A DNA stretch of 58,423 nt, filler included, from Dugesia japonica (Eukaryota): assembly GCA_001938525.1 (NCBI GenBank). It is 3 parts of 3 records of this genome, joined end to end, with 100 filler letters (N's around TTAATTAATTAA, not from the genome) between each part and the next. Parts side by side here need not be neighbours in the genome. Positions count along the whole stretch, not along the records: positions 24,757 to 41,612 come from MQRL01604967.1; positions 41,713 to 58,423 come from MQRL01605638.1; 1 more part is not named here. The stretch is one strand, 5' to 3'. Positions 40,800 to 52,300 of this stretch are shown piece after piece; within the stretch, counting starts at the first letter, position 1, and the number at the start of each line of letters is the position of its first letter. Both the position numbers and the translations under genes were made by a program. The notes below the pieces were generated by a model. The model made no database searches. It was given only the letters and a program-made list of their open reading frames with translations, and had not been told where the DNA came from.

Positions 40800-41505
40800 T
40801 TGAGTACTCGAATACTTGATATTCAAATATATTTGCCTATTTTTTAACTAGTTGATATTCGAATATTTTTTCCCCATATTCGAATAATTTCAATAATGTA
40901 AAGGTAAAGTAAGCTTTGAAAAAGATACTATCCATTTCTCTTCTTACAAACAAACTATTTCTTATATGTTAGAAAAAGGAAATAAAATTCTCAAATACAA
41001 AAAATAATATTTAACATTGAGTCAAGGATGGATGAGAGAAGAGATCGAGCTTTAATGACACTGATAATTTATCTACAGAGTGAAAATATAGCAAGTTCTA
41101 GCGATCATTTTAAATATTTCTCAAAAAATGCAGCAATTTAATTCGCTGTTAAAATTATGGAACAAATATATCCTCAAATGTTTATAGAATTGCATATTAA
41201 TAATGATTTTACCTCATCTTCATCCGATGCAGATGATTTAATAGAATTAACGTCACAGATTTGATTGTAAAATAAAAGTCTAAAATGCAATAATTTCTAT
41301 TACAGATCCACAAAAATATCATATTTGCAATTGCAGTCAAATTGATAAATATAACGAATTGAAGAAAGGATTTCGTCAATTAGAATGTTTCAAAAAACTG
41401 TATACAACGCCGGATGTTTTGTATCACGCTTTTTCATTAACAACTTCTGAAAGAGTATTTTCAACAGCAAGTTCAATTAAAACAAAAAGAAGAACATGTT
41501 TATTT
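40800..41505 (+). mobile_element. Internally deleted hAT element (subterminal repeats plus C-terminal dimerisation remnant)
   Basis: TTSERVFSTASSIKTKRRTCL at ~41441-41503. 40802-40868 resembles the revcomp of 3384-3451. Confidence 0.75.
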
Positions 41506-41612
41506 ATTTATTTTCGTATTTTCTAATTTATCGGTCTTTGGTTAGATTTTTTGTTTGCGTTTGATTGTGATTATTTTGATGAGACTTTTATAATATTTTA
41601 AGTTATCTACTT

Positions 41613-41712
41613 NNNNNNNNNNNNNNNNNNNNNNNNNNNNNNNNNNNNNNNNNNNNTTAATTAATTAANNNNNNNNNNNNNNNNNNNNNNNNNNNNNNNN
41701 NNNNNNNNNNNN
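41613..41712. other. Artificial 100-bp assembly spacer N44-TTAATTAATTAA-N44
   Basis: Identical to 24657-24756. Confidence 0.95.
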
Positions 41713-43505
41713 TGTTGGTATAACCATATCTACTTCTAATGTGTATTCATATGGTAACGATTCGAGATCTCCTATTCTACATTCTTTCAATACTGAATCC
41801 AATCCAGTATATACCCACTCAAAATTGGCATAAGGCAATTTCTGACTTAATACCCATCCATATAGATTGTTGATGTCGATGTATAATAAATCGGTGTTTT
41901 CGTTAGTAACAACATGATGTTTATTTACAAATGATAGCCCTCCTCTTATACCTCATTCGAAAAAGGTATACAAGTCATTATCAGTCAACAATTCAATTGG
42001 CTCATTTAATGACATCAATGCAGATGCCCAACTCATACCTGGGATGCNNNNNNNNNNTAATGGCTCCAAATTATTGTGTGCCAATGATTTATTTCTGAAT
42101 TGTTGAAAGAAATCGGCTAACAAAAACACATGTAGTTTCAAATATACTAGCATGTAATCCAATAAATTGTTGCATCCTGTTATAGTCCACATTTCCACTG
42201 CTTTTTGATAATCTTGCCCACTAACATCCTTTCATCTTGGTGGCATTGTTGTTGTTTCAATCAGAATTTCTAAACTGGTGGCATAGAAAACTGGTGGCAA
42301 GAAAATATCCCCTTTGGCATTGTTATTCTTTTGTCTTTAAATTCGTTTGTTGTCAAAGGTGTCTCTTTTAAGGATTTGACTGCTGCATCCAATGGTGAGT
42401 TTATAAATTGGTACGAGTCAATTAATCTGATTGTATTTTCTTTTAGATGTTCAATGAGACATAGGAATTTTTCTGATGTTGTTAGTATATATGATATGGT
42501 CCAATGTGGAAATTAATTTAATCCATACTTTAATATATGATGAAGGTCATATCCTCTGAAATTATGGAAGACTACTGGTAATTGATAATTAATACTGCTT
42601 AAATTGCATTTATTACAGGCCGCTCCAATATACTTGCCTGTAAAATGATCATGATCCCGAACTGGATTACATAAAGGTTTTTTGCACTGATGACATATTG
42701 TACTTTGTTTAAATTCTATTTCTTGATCGAGGTTCATAATTCGTTTGTTTTTTCCTTCTTTAATATAATTTGAATATACTATATTATTACTAATTTCCTC
42801 CACTGCCTTTAGGAATTTATGTACACATTCATTTCCAACAAACTGACTTATTTGACTTCATTGGTAAAATTATTTACCAACAACAGTCCAGCTGAAACAG
42901 GTAAATGTTTCTGGAAATGCTTGCCATCGCTTGGTAATACTGATTCAAAATCAGCATATATAACAAAGGGTAGAGTTATAGTTTTAGAGTAATCCTGAAA
43001 CTCCAGATTTTTTTCTGTTGGCATCTTGTATAATGTGGTGCCCTTCTGAATTTTCTCACAAATTTGTTCATGCGTCTTGTAAGCCGTAGTATCCTTGAAT
43101 CCGTTGAGACAATTTTCGCAACAGATTGATTGAATTCGAACACCACTCTTTTTAATATCTCGGTTTATCAATCTATTCAAATTCATTACGGCAGTGTAAT
43201 GAAATTTATTAGTATCTTCCAATAACAATGAATTGATCTTTTCTCCATCACATTTAGAATGATATATAATGTCTAAATTCGGATGCTTCATGATAACGTC
43301 ATCATCATCTTCTACTGATTGTGGATTCCATGAGAAAACATTAATTGATAAGCCTGGGTTCTGTTTTTCAAATTTAGGGATATTTGCAAGCTTCATTGGC
43401 ATGTCCCCTTTATCAAATACAAGTTTGGACGTATATTTTTGATAATTAGACACCCTAAATTTATTATTTCTAACTTTATCTTGTTTGAGAATTGCTAGAA
43501 TACTA
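41713..43505 (-). pseudogene. Adintovirus/Polinton-type protein-primed PolB, partial copy B2
   Basis: FEKQNPGLSINVF; CENCL..HEQIC zinc finger; YADFES (ExoI); endonuclease VII-like CHQC..RDHDHFTGKYIGAACNKCN; FHNFRGYD (ExoII); YLKL..LLADFFQQFR; YIDINNLYGW. Stops and frameshifts. Confidence 0.92.
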
Positions 43506-43555
43506 NNNNNNNNNNNNNNNNNNNNNNNNNNNNNNNNNNNNNNNNNNNNNNNNNN

Positions 43556-45061
43556 CCAATGCGGAAATTTATTTAATCCATACTTTAATATATGGTGAAG
43601 GTCATATCCTCTCAAATTATGGAAGACTTTTGGTAATTGATAATTGATTCTTCTGCTTAAATTGCATTGATTACAGGCTGTTCCTATATACTTGCCCGTA
43701 AAATGGTCATGATCCAGAACTGGATTACTGAAAGGTTTTTTGCACAGATGATATATTGTACTTTGTTTGAATTCCATTTCTTGATCCGACTTCATAATTC
43801 GTTTCTTTTTTCCTTCTTTAATATAATATGGATATACTATATTATTACTNNNNNNNNNNNNNNNNNNNNNGAATTCATGTACACATTCATTTCCAATAAA
43901 CTGGCTGTATTTGACTTCATTGGTAAAATTATTTAACAACAACAATCCAGCTGAAACATGTAAATGTTTCTGGAAATGCTTGTCATTGCTTGGTAATACT
44001 GATTCAATAAAACAGCTCGATTGGATAATCTAGAAGTTTTTGTTTCGTCTTCTTTTTCGAATTCGACATTTATCCCAAATTGGATTTTGACAGTTTTTAA
44101 TTCTTCAATAATTTTAAACAACTGCCCAATCAAGGAATTTAGTAAAACGATTTCTCTCGTATTCCACTTTGAAACATTCATTTTTAATATCGGGTGACAT
44201 TTATATAAGTCACTTTCTATTANCACATCTTCATTGAGAGAGCCACCAACTTGTGCTTCTTCTTCATCTATAAAACTTTGCATGACAATATCCTCTTCAT
44301 TTATTTCATTTATGATTTGAAAATTGGACTTGTTATCTTCAGTTATCTGAGATTCAACCTTCATTTTTCCATCTTCTTTTCTCTTCTTCAATAGTAGGCC
44401 ATCTATCTCTTTATCTAATATCATCTTCAATAATTGTTTTTTATTTGTTGTAAACTGACCTAAGTGGTCTGCATGGAACCTATAAAAGTCTAAATATTCA
44501 CCTATTCCTATAGACCTGCATGACGGACATATGTAATACTTTTCCTTATAATAAGATTGTGCATAGTATCTCTGCATAATACTATGGCAGCCCCTTTTAC
44601 AATTTGCACAATATTGTTTGTACATTGTACAACATTCTGGAAAAAAATAATTTTGATCCATTTTATAAAATTATTAAAACATAAAATAAATTATAAAATA
44701 AAAAACTAACTTTTATCATAAATAGGAGGAGCAACTGGAGCAAAAACAACAGAAGCATCATAATTCTAAAATAAATAATTTTAACAACTATCAACAGTTG
44801 ATAATAAATTTACTTTATTTAAACTCTTTCACTTGATACCTCTTCCACCTTGATTTGAATTATTATAATTCTAAAATAAAATTAATTATCATTAAATAAT
44901 AAAAATAAATTTACATTATCCATCATTAAACTTGTCAAATTCATACTTCATTTATCGTTTATATTATTCATAACCTGAAAACAATTAAATAATAATAATG
45001 AAAATCAATAGTTTACCGTTTCTTCGCTCAACAGTTTTCTCAATATGCTTTAATTGTTCAT
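43556..45061 (-). pseudogene. PolB copy B1: intron-split 5' end, Cys-rich and acidic N-terminal region, deletion into the exonuclease/endonuclease VII segment
   Basis: ORF 43933-44661 (YCANCKRGCHSIMQRY..CPSC..QVGG). 43556-44006 closely duplicates ~42500-42948. Four GT-AG introns lie upstream in phase. Confidence 0.85.
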
Positions 45062-45119
45062 AGTTTTAATTAAATTGTGAAAAATTCTAAAAATAAACTA
45101 CTTTTATAATGTCAAAATA

Positions 45120-45320
45120 ATTTTTCTATTGTATGTATGTATTATACTTTTTCAATTCCTTCTGTATGTATGTATCATATTTTTTTATCCTCTTTGTACG
45201 TGTTTATCATATATTTTCTATCCCCATTTAACTATTTGTGTGTGTGTATTAAAATTTTCTATCCTCATTGTATGTGTGTATCATAATTTTTCCATCCATT
45301 TTGTAAGTGTGTATTAGAAC
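45120..45320. repeat. Short tandem repeats (TGTATGTGTGTATCATATTTTT-like, ~28-38 bp) upstream of PolB copy B1
   Basis: About 6 imperfect copies. Confidence 0.7.
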
Positions 45321-45624
45321 TTTTCAAATACCGCAACGCAGTATATTTAGTTAATTTTAAAATATTGCAGCTTAATATATTTTTAATATATATTTTAAAA
45401 TTTTTGATAAATTAATTATAAGGTATTGCAACGTAGTATATTGTTACATTTACAAAGTAATTAGTCATGAAAATAACAAAGACATGTTATAACAAAGGTC
45501 AATTAACTACTTTATATTTTTATGATTTTAACAAAGATTAATTATTATTTTATAAATAAAATAAAAATAAATTAAATATATTCATAAAATACATTTATTT
45601 ACATAAAACATATACATTTTCAAC

Positions 45625-48600
45625 TACAATGTTGAATTAGAAGTATCAAGTAGCTGATCTCTCACCATACTTGCTGTTATGTTTTCTTATTTAGTATTTT
45701 CTATTTCTAGAAAAAAACTATCTGTATCCCCGGCTACAATATTAATTATACAATTATATTCCTTCCTTTACTGGTCCAACTCAGTGTACTGAAGTTTGTA
45801 CATTCTCAATTTTGAGAGGTCAAGTACAGTTTGTCCTATGTAACTCAGACGATCTAAACAAACTATGTCCTTATTGANNNNNNNNNNNNNNNNNNNNNNN
45901 NNNNNNNNNGTTGTTTTCTTAAATCCGGCTTTTGATGTGTATGTAATCAGCTTCTTTGCTGAATTACATAAGCGGAGATTGATCCTGTTCTTGAGTTTCT
46001 CCAATGATTTTCCATATAAACTGTTATTTAATAGTTTATAATAGTTTTTATCCAATTCAGTAACACAATTTGATCCGAGAACTGTGTTAGTATTGATATA
46101 ATTCTCAAAAATTGAAGCTTATCTGAATTTCACTCGTCGATGAACCTCCGTTACTTGAACCCTTAAACTTATATACATTTGAAGCAATCTCCAGTGCACT
46201 ATGTAATTGTTCTTGGAGTAGTGCGTTAACATTTATTTCTTCAATTTACAACCTGGAGCGCTTCTATGTTCTGCTGCAACAGGTAAATCATTCAAATAAT
46301 CATGAATTTTCGCAGGAATCACCATGTTCACTTTTAGAGTGTATCCGTATGACAATGAGTCTAAGTCTGCATTCTTACACTCTTCCAAAACGTTATCTAA
46401 TCCATTTTAGATCCATTCGAAATTTGCAAAGGGCAACTTTTGACTAAGTGCCCAACCATATAGATTATTAATATCTATATACAAAAGGTCAACATTCTCA
46501 GTAGTATCAACATAGTGCTTGTTAACGAATGTTAACCCTCCTCTTATACTTCCTTTAAAAAAGGTATACATATCATTATCTTGAAGCAACTCAATCGGCT
46601 TTTCTAATGAAATTAATGCAGATGTCCATGACATTCCAGGTATTCCAAAGAAATTTAGCGGTTTCAAATTATTGTGTGCTAAAGACTTTGCGCGGAATTG
46701 CTGGAAAAAATCAGTTAATAAATACACATCCAGCTTCAAATATAACATCATATAGTCCAGCAAATTTGTACAGTTGAATATTTCCCACATCGATAATGCT
46801 TTCTCATACTCTTCTCTACTAACATCCTCTCATTTTGGTGGCATTTGCTTGGTTTCTTCCAGAACCTGCAAGCACGTTGCAAAACTGTATGGAAATATCC
46901 CCTTTGACTTGGTAATAGTCTGATTCTTAAACTGCTCAGTAGTCAAAGGTATCACTTTTAAGGATTTAACAGCAGAGTCTAATGAAGAATTTATAAACTG
47001 ATAATTGTCGATGAATTTAATTGATGTTGATTTAATTTGTCGTACAATTAAACATAGAAATTTTTCTGATGTTGTTGGGATGCATGATATTTCCCAATTA
47101 TTAAACGTCTTAATACCATATTTGAGGATATGATCTTCATCATATCCTCGTTAATTATGAAAGACCACTGGTAGTTGAATATATAATTTTCTACTTAAAT
47201 CGCATTGGTTACATGCTGCTCATCTATATTTCCATGTGAAATGGTCATGGTCACGAATGGGATCTCTTATTTCCTTCTTACATAAATAACAAACTTTTGC
47301 AGCTTTGAATTCTTTATCCTGATCTATTGTTATTATAATTTTCTTTTTTCTTTCTGTTTCATAATAAGGAAACACAGTGTTTTTGCTTATTTTCTCCACA
47401 GCCTTTAGGAAATTATACACACAGTCATCTCCAATAAACTGTCTGTATGTTGATTCGTTGGTAAAATTATTTACTAACAGTAGACCAGCCGAAAGGGGTA
47501 AATGTTTCTGGAAATGCTTCTCATCTAGAGGTAAAACCGACTCAAAATTTGCATATATAACAAAAAATGGTGTTATGGTTTTCGAATAATCCTTAAAAAT
47601 CAAGTTCTTCTCTGTTGGCATCGTATACATGGTGGTACCTGTTTGGACTTTTTCGCAAATCGGTTCATGTTTCTCATATGCGACTTCATTTTTGAATCCA
47701 TTCAAACAGTTAGGACACCATGTTGATCGAATGCAAACACTTTGTCCTTTATTATCCCTCTTCATTAGAAGATTTAGATATAGTACTGCGGTGGATTGAA
47801 ATCTGTTGTTATTTTCCAGTAATAACAGATATACTTTCTCTCCATCTATCACTTTCGAACGATGTATTATATCCAAATTTGGATGTTTCATTACTACGTC
47901 ATCTTCTTCATCATCCACTGATTCTTGATTCCATGATCGGACATTGATGGATAGTTATATTATTCTTCTCAAACTTTGGTATATCAATCAGTTTCATCGG
48001 CATATCCTTATCATCAAAAATAAGCTCCAACATGTGTTTTTTATATAATGTTACACGGTTTCTATGCTTTCTTTCAACTTGATCTTTTTTATTGATAGCA
48101 AGAATACTGTAAATAAAACAGTAATTATCATCGTCCTTGATGTAAACAATTGCTTCTTTCCTTTTAAAATCTTTCGGTGCTGCAAAATAACTTTTCCCCG
48201 AAAGTCGACATATATTTGCAACCTTGGTGATTTTGAAATTAATTCCCAGTATTCTGTTTAACATCCAACTAGAACCTAATTCGCTTCTTATTGTTATTTT
48301 CTCATTTAATTGATTAATCCTATCTTCAAAAAAGTTATCAGTTAATGCAACGGCTCTAATTGATATCCCAGAGGTTTTAAACTCAAATTCTTCTCCATTT
48401 TTTAACATTTTAACATTTTTCATTTCTTTTATTGACTCAAATACTTTGTTGACTGTTGCTTCTGGTACAATAATTTCACGACAATTCCAACTTGTGACAT
48501 CTATTTTTAAAACACGATTTAAATCTGTTTCTTTTATCACACCATCATCAGTTTTAATTATTCATCCACCGAATTGAATATTTTCTTCTGCATCCGTGAA

Positions 48601-49323
48601 ATGTTGTAATAAAATCACCTCATCCCCAATTTCGTCAAATAGTTTGGTATCATCAGCAGCATTAATTATCGATCGACTATCTTGCAAATTTTCGTCTGAA
48701 TCCATAAACTGATGTAATAAAATGTCGTCATCCCCAATTTCTTCAAAACGTTGAGCGTCATCATCAGTATTAATTATCGATCTACTATCGTGCATGTTTT
48801 CTTCTTCATCCATAAACTGATGTAAATTATTGTTCTCGTCCCCGATTTCGTCAAATAGTTTAATACGATTCCTATTCTCTTCATCTGGTTCATTATTGAT
48901 TGTTCGTTCTTTTTCTTCAGATTCTATATTGATTGTTTTTTCTTCTTTGTCATCTTCAATAATATTCTTAATTGTATTAACTTCCGGTTCATCTAACTCA
49001 CTAAGCATCTGTCTGTCTAATAATGATTTTAGTAAATTTTTTTTATTTTTAGTGAAGCTTGTTAAATAGGTTTTATATGTATTATAAAAACTTAAATAGT
49101 CTTCTAAGCCTAATACCTAACAATTAGGACAAACGAAATAATTTTTCCCATAAAACCAATGTTTCTAGTATCTTTCCATAATACTATGACAGTCACCATT
49201 GTGACTCACACTAGCGCAATGGTTTCTGTACAAGATGCAAGTATCTGTATTCCAAATCATTCTTGGATTAACGTCTTCTGCTGAATCTCTATCTCCAATT
49301 TCAAAAATATTTACCATTTTCAT
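45625..49323 (-). pseudogene. Adintovirus/Polinton-type protein-primed PolB, near-complete decayed copy A
   Basis: In order: CHSIMERY, acidic repeats, QFGG, DNYCFIYSILA, CPNCL..HEPIC, YANFES, DHDHFT, KGIFPY, YLKLDVYLL, RGG, YIDINNLYGWALSQKLP, KLLNNSLYGK, AGDTDSFF, LDTSN, then truncated. Confidence 0.93.
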
Positions 49324-49374
49324 ATATAAAATAAAACTTATACCAATTTGTTTATGTATATTGACCATTTACCA

Positions 49375-52300
49375 TTCTTTATCATATTATTTGACCCTGT
49401 TCTTTTGCTTTACACTCTCCCTTTCTTTTACCCTCTCCCTTTCTTTAACTCTCTCCCTTTCTTTGACCCTCTCCCTTTTTTTAGGCTCTCCCATTCTTTT
49501 ACCCTCTCCCTTTTATTTAACCCTCTAACTTTCTTTTACCTTTTTACTTTTCTTTTACCCTCTTCCTTTTCTTTACCCACTCATTTTCTGTAACACTCTC
49601 ACTTTCTTTTACACTCTTATTCTCTTTTACACTGTCCTTCTCTTTTACCCTCTACCTTTCTTTAACAATATTCCTTTCTTTTACCCGCTCTCTTTCTAAA
49701 ACCCTCTTCTTTTCTTAAAACCCTCTTCTTTCCTTTTACCCTCTTTTCTTTTTTTACCCTCTCCCTTTCTTTTACCCTCTCTCTTTCTTGTACCTTCTTT
49801 TATTACTTTAACCCGCACCTTTTCTTATAACCACTCCCTTTTTTTACCCTAACCCTTTCTTTTACCCTCTTCCTTTATTTTATTCTTTTCCTTTCTTTTT
49901 TCCTCTAATTTTCATTTACCTTCTTCCTTTCTTGTACCTTATTTTATTTCTTAAACCCTCTCGTTTTATTTTTACCACTCCCTTTTTTACCCTCTCACTT
50001 TCTTTTACCCTGTTGCTTTCTTTACCCTCTTCTTTTCTCTTAAACTGTTCTTTTTTTAACCTCTCCCTTTCTTGTACCTTCTTTTATTTATGTAACCCTC
50101 TCCTATTCTTTTAACCACTCTCTTTTTTTACCCTAACCCTTTCTTTTACCCTCTTCCTTTATTTTAGTCTCTTCCTTTCTTTTAACCTCTCCCATTCCTT
50201 GACTCTCTTCTTCTTTTTACGCTCAATTTTTTTTACCATCTCCTTTCTTTAACCCTTTCCCTTTGTTTTAATCTCTCTTTCTTTTACTGTCTCACTTTCT
50301 TTAACCCTCTCTTTCTCTTTATTCTTTACTTTTCTTTTACCCTCTCCTTTTTTTGTACCTTCTTTTATTTCTTTAACCCTCTCTTTTTCATTCCACCACT
50401 CCCTTTTTTTACCCTAAATCTTTCTTTTACCCTCTTCCTTTATTTTACTCTCTCCCAATCTTTAACCCTCTCCCTTTCTTTTACCCTCTTCTTATCTTTA
50501 ACACTCTTCCTTTCCTTTTCCCTATTTTTTTGTTTTACCCTCGCTTTTTCTTTTACCCAATAACTTTCTTTTACGCTCCCTTTTTCTTTATTCTTTACTT
50601 TTCTTTTACCTTCTCCCTATCTTGTACCTTCTTTTATTTCGTTAACCCTCTCCTTTTCTTTCCACCACTCCCTTTTTTCACCATCTCACTTTCTTTAACC
50701 CTGTTGCTTTCTTTACCCTCTTCTTTTCTCTTAAACTGTACTTTTCTTTTACCCTCTACCTTTGTTTTACCCTCTTCTTATCTTTTACAATCTTCTTTTC
50801 TTTTACCCTCTCTCTTTCTCTTACCTTCTACATTTCATTAACTCTCTCCTTTTCTTTCCATATATCCCTTTTTTTACCATAAATCTTTCTTTTACCCTCT
50901 TCCTTTCTTTTACCCTCTTCTTTACTTTAACCCTCTCACTTTCTTCAAAACTCTCCCTTTCTTTTACACTCTCCCTTTCTTTAAACATTCTCCAATTCTT
51001 TTACTTTCTTCTTTTCTTTTACAATCTCCCTTTCCTTAACCCTCTTCCTTTCTTTTTCCCTCTCCCATTTCTGTACCCTCTTCTTTTATTTTACCCTCTC
51101 ATTTTTTTGAATCCATCTCCTTTCTTCTATCCTCTCTCATTCTTTAACACTCTTCTTTTCTTTTAACCTCTCCCCTACTTTTAACCTCTCTCTTTCTTTT
51201 ACCCTATGCCTTTCTTTTAACATCTCCCTTTCTTTATTCTTTACTTTTCTTTTACCCTCTCCCTTTCTTGTACTTTCTTTTATTTCTTAAACTCTCTCCT
51301 TTTATTTCCACCGATCCCTTTTTTTACCCTAAATCTTTCTTTTACCCTCTTCCTTTCTTTTACTCTCTCCCAATCTTTAACCCTCTCCCTTTCTTTTACC
51401 CTCTTCTTTTCTTTAACACTCTTCCTTTCATTTTCCCTATTCTTTTGTTTTACCCTCGCTTTTTCTTTTACCCAATAACTTTCTTTTACGCTCCCTTTTT
51501 TTTTATTCTTTACTTTTCTTTTACCTTCTCCCTATCTTGTACCTTCTTTTATTTCGTTAACCCTCTCCTTTTCTTTCCACCGCTCCATTTTTTCACCATC
51601 TCACTTTCTTTTACCCTGTTGCTTTCTTTACCCTCTTCTTTTCTCTTAAACTGTACTTTTCTCTTACCTTCTACATTTCAGTAACCCTCTCCTTTTCTTT
51701 CCAACAATCCTTTTTTTACCATAATTCTTTCTTTAAACCTCTTCGTTTATTTTACCCTCTTCTTTTCTCTTACCCTCTCACTTTCTTCAACAGTCTCCCT
51801 TTCTTTTACACTCTCCTTTTCTTTGAACATTCTACAATTCTTTTACTTTCTTCTTTTCTTTTACAATCTCCCTTTCCTTAACCCTCTTCCTTTCTTTTTC
51901 CCTCTCCCATTTCTGTACCCTCTTCTTTTATTTTACCCTCTCATTTTTTTGAATCCATCTCCTTTCTTCTATCCTCTCTCATTCTTTAACACTCTTCTTT
52001 TCTTTTAACCTCTCCCCTACTTTTAACCTCTCTCTTTCTTTTACCCTATGCCTTTCTTTTAACATCTCCCTTTCTTTATTCTTTAATTTTCTTTTACCCT
52101 CTGCCTTTCTTGTACTTTTTTTTATTTCTTAAACCCTCTCCTTTTATTTCCACTGATCCCTTTTTTTATCCTAAATCTTTCTTTAACCCTCTTCCTTTAT
52201 TTTACTCTCTTCATTACTTTTACTCTCTTTTCTCCTAAACTGTACTTTTCTTTTACCTTCTACCTTTGTTTTACCATCTTTTTTCTTTAAAACTCTTCTT

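Noticed and set aside
44814-45061. Stop-codon reassignment explaining the in-frame TGA/TAA in the PolB exons
   Set aside because: Host genes here use the standard code, and the PolB copies also have frameshifts, so simple decay is more likely.
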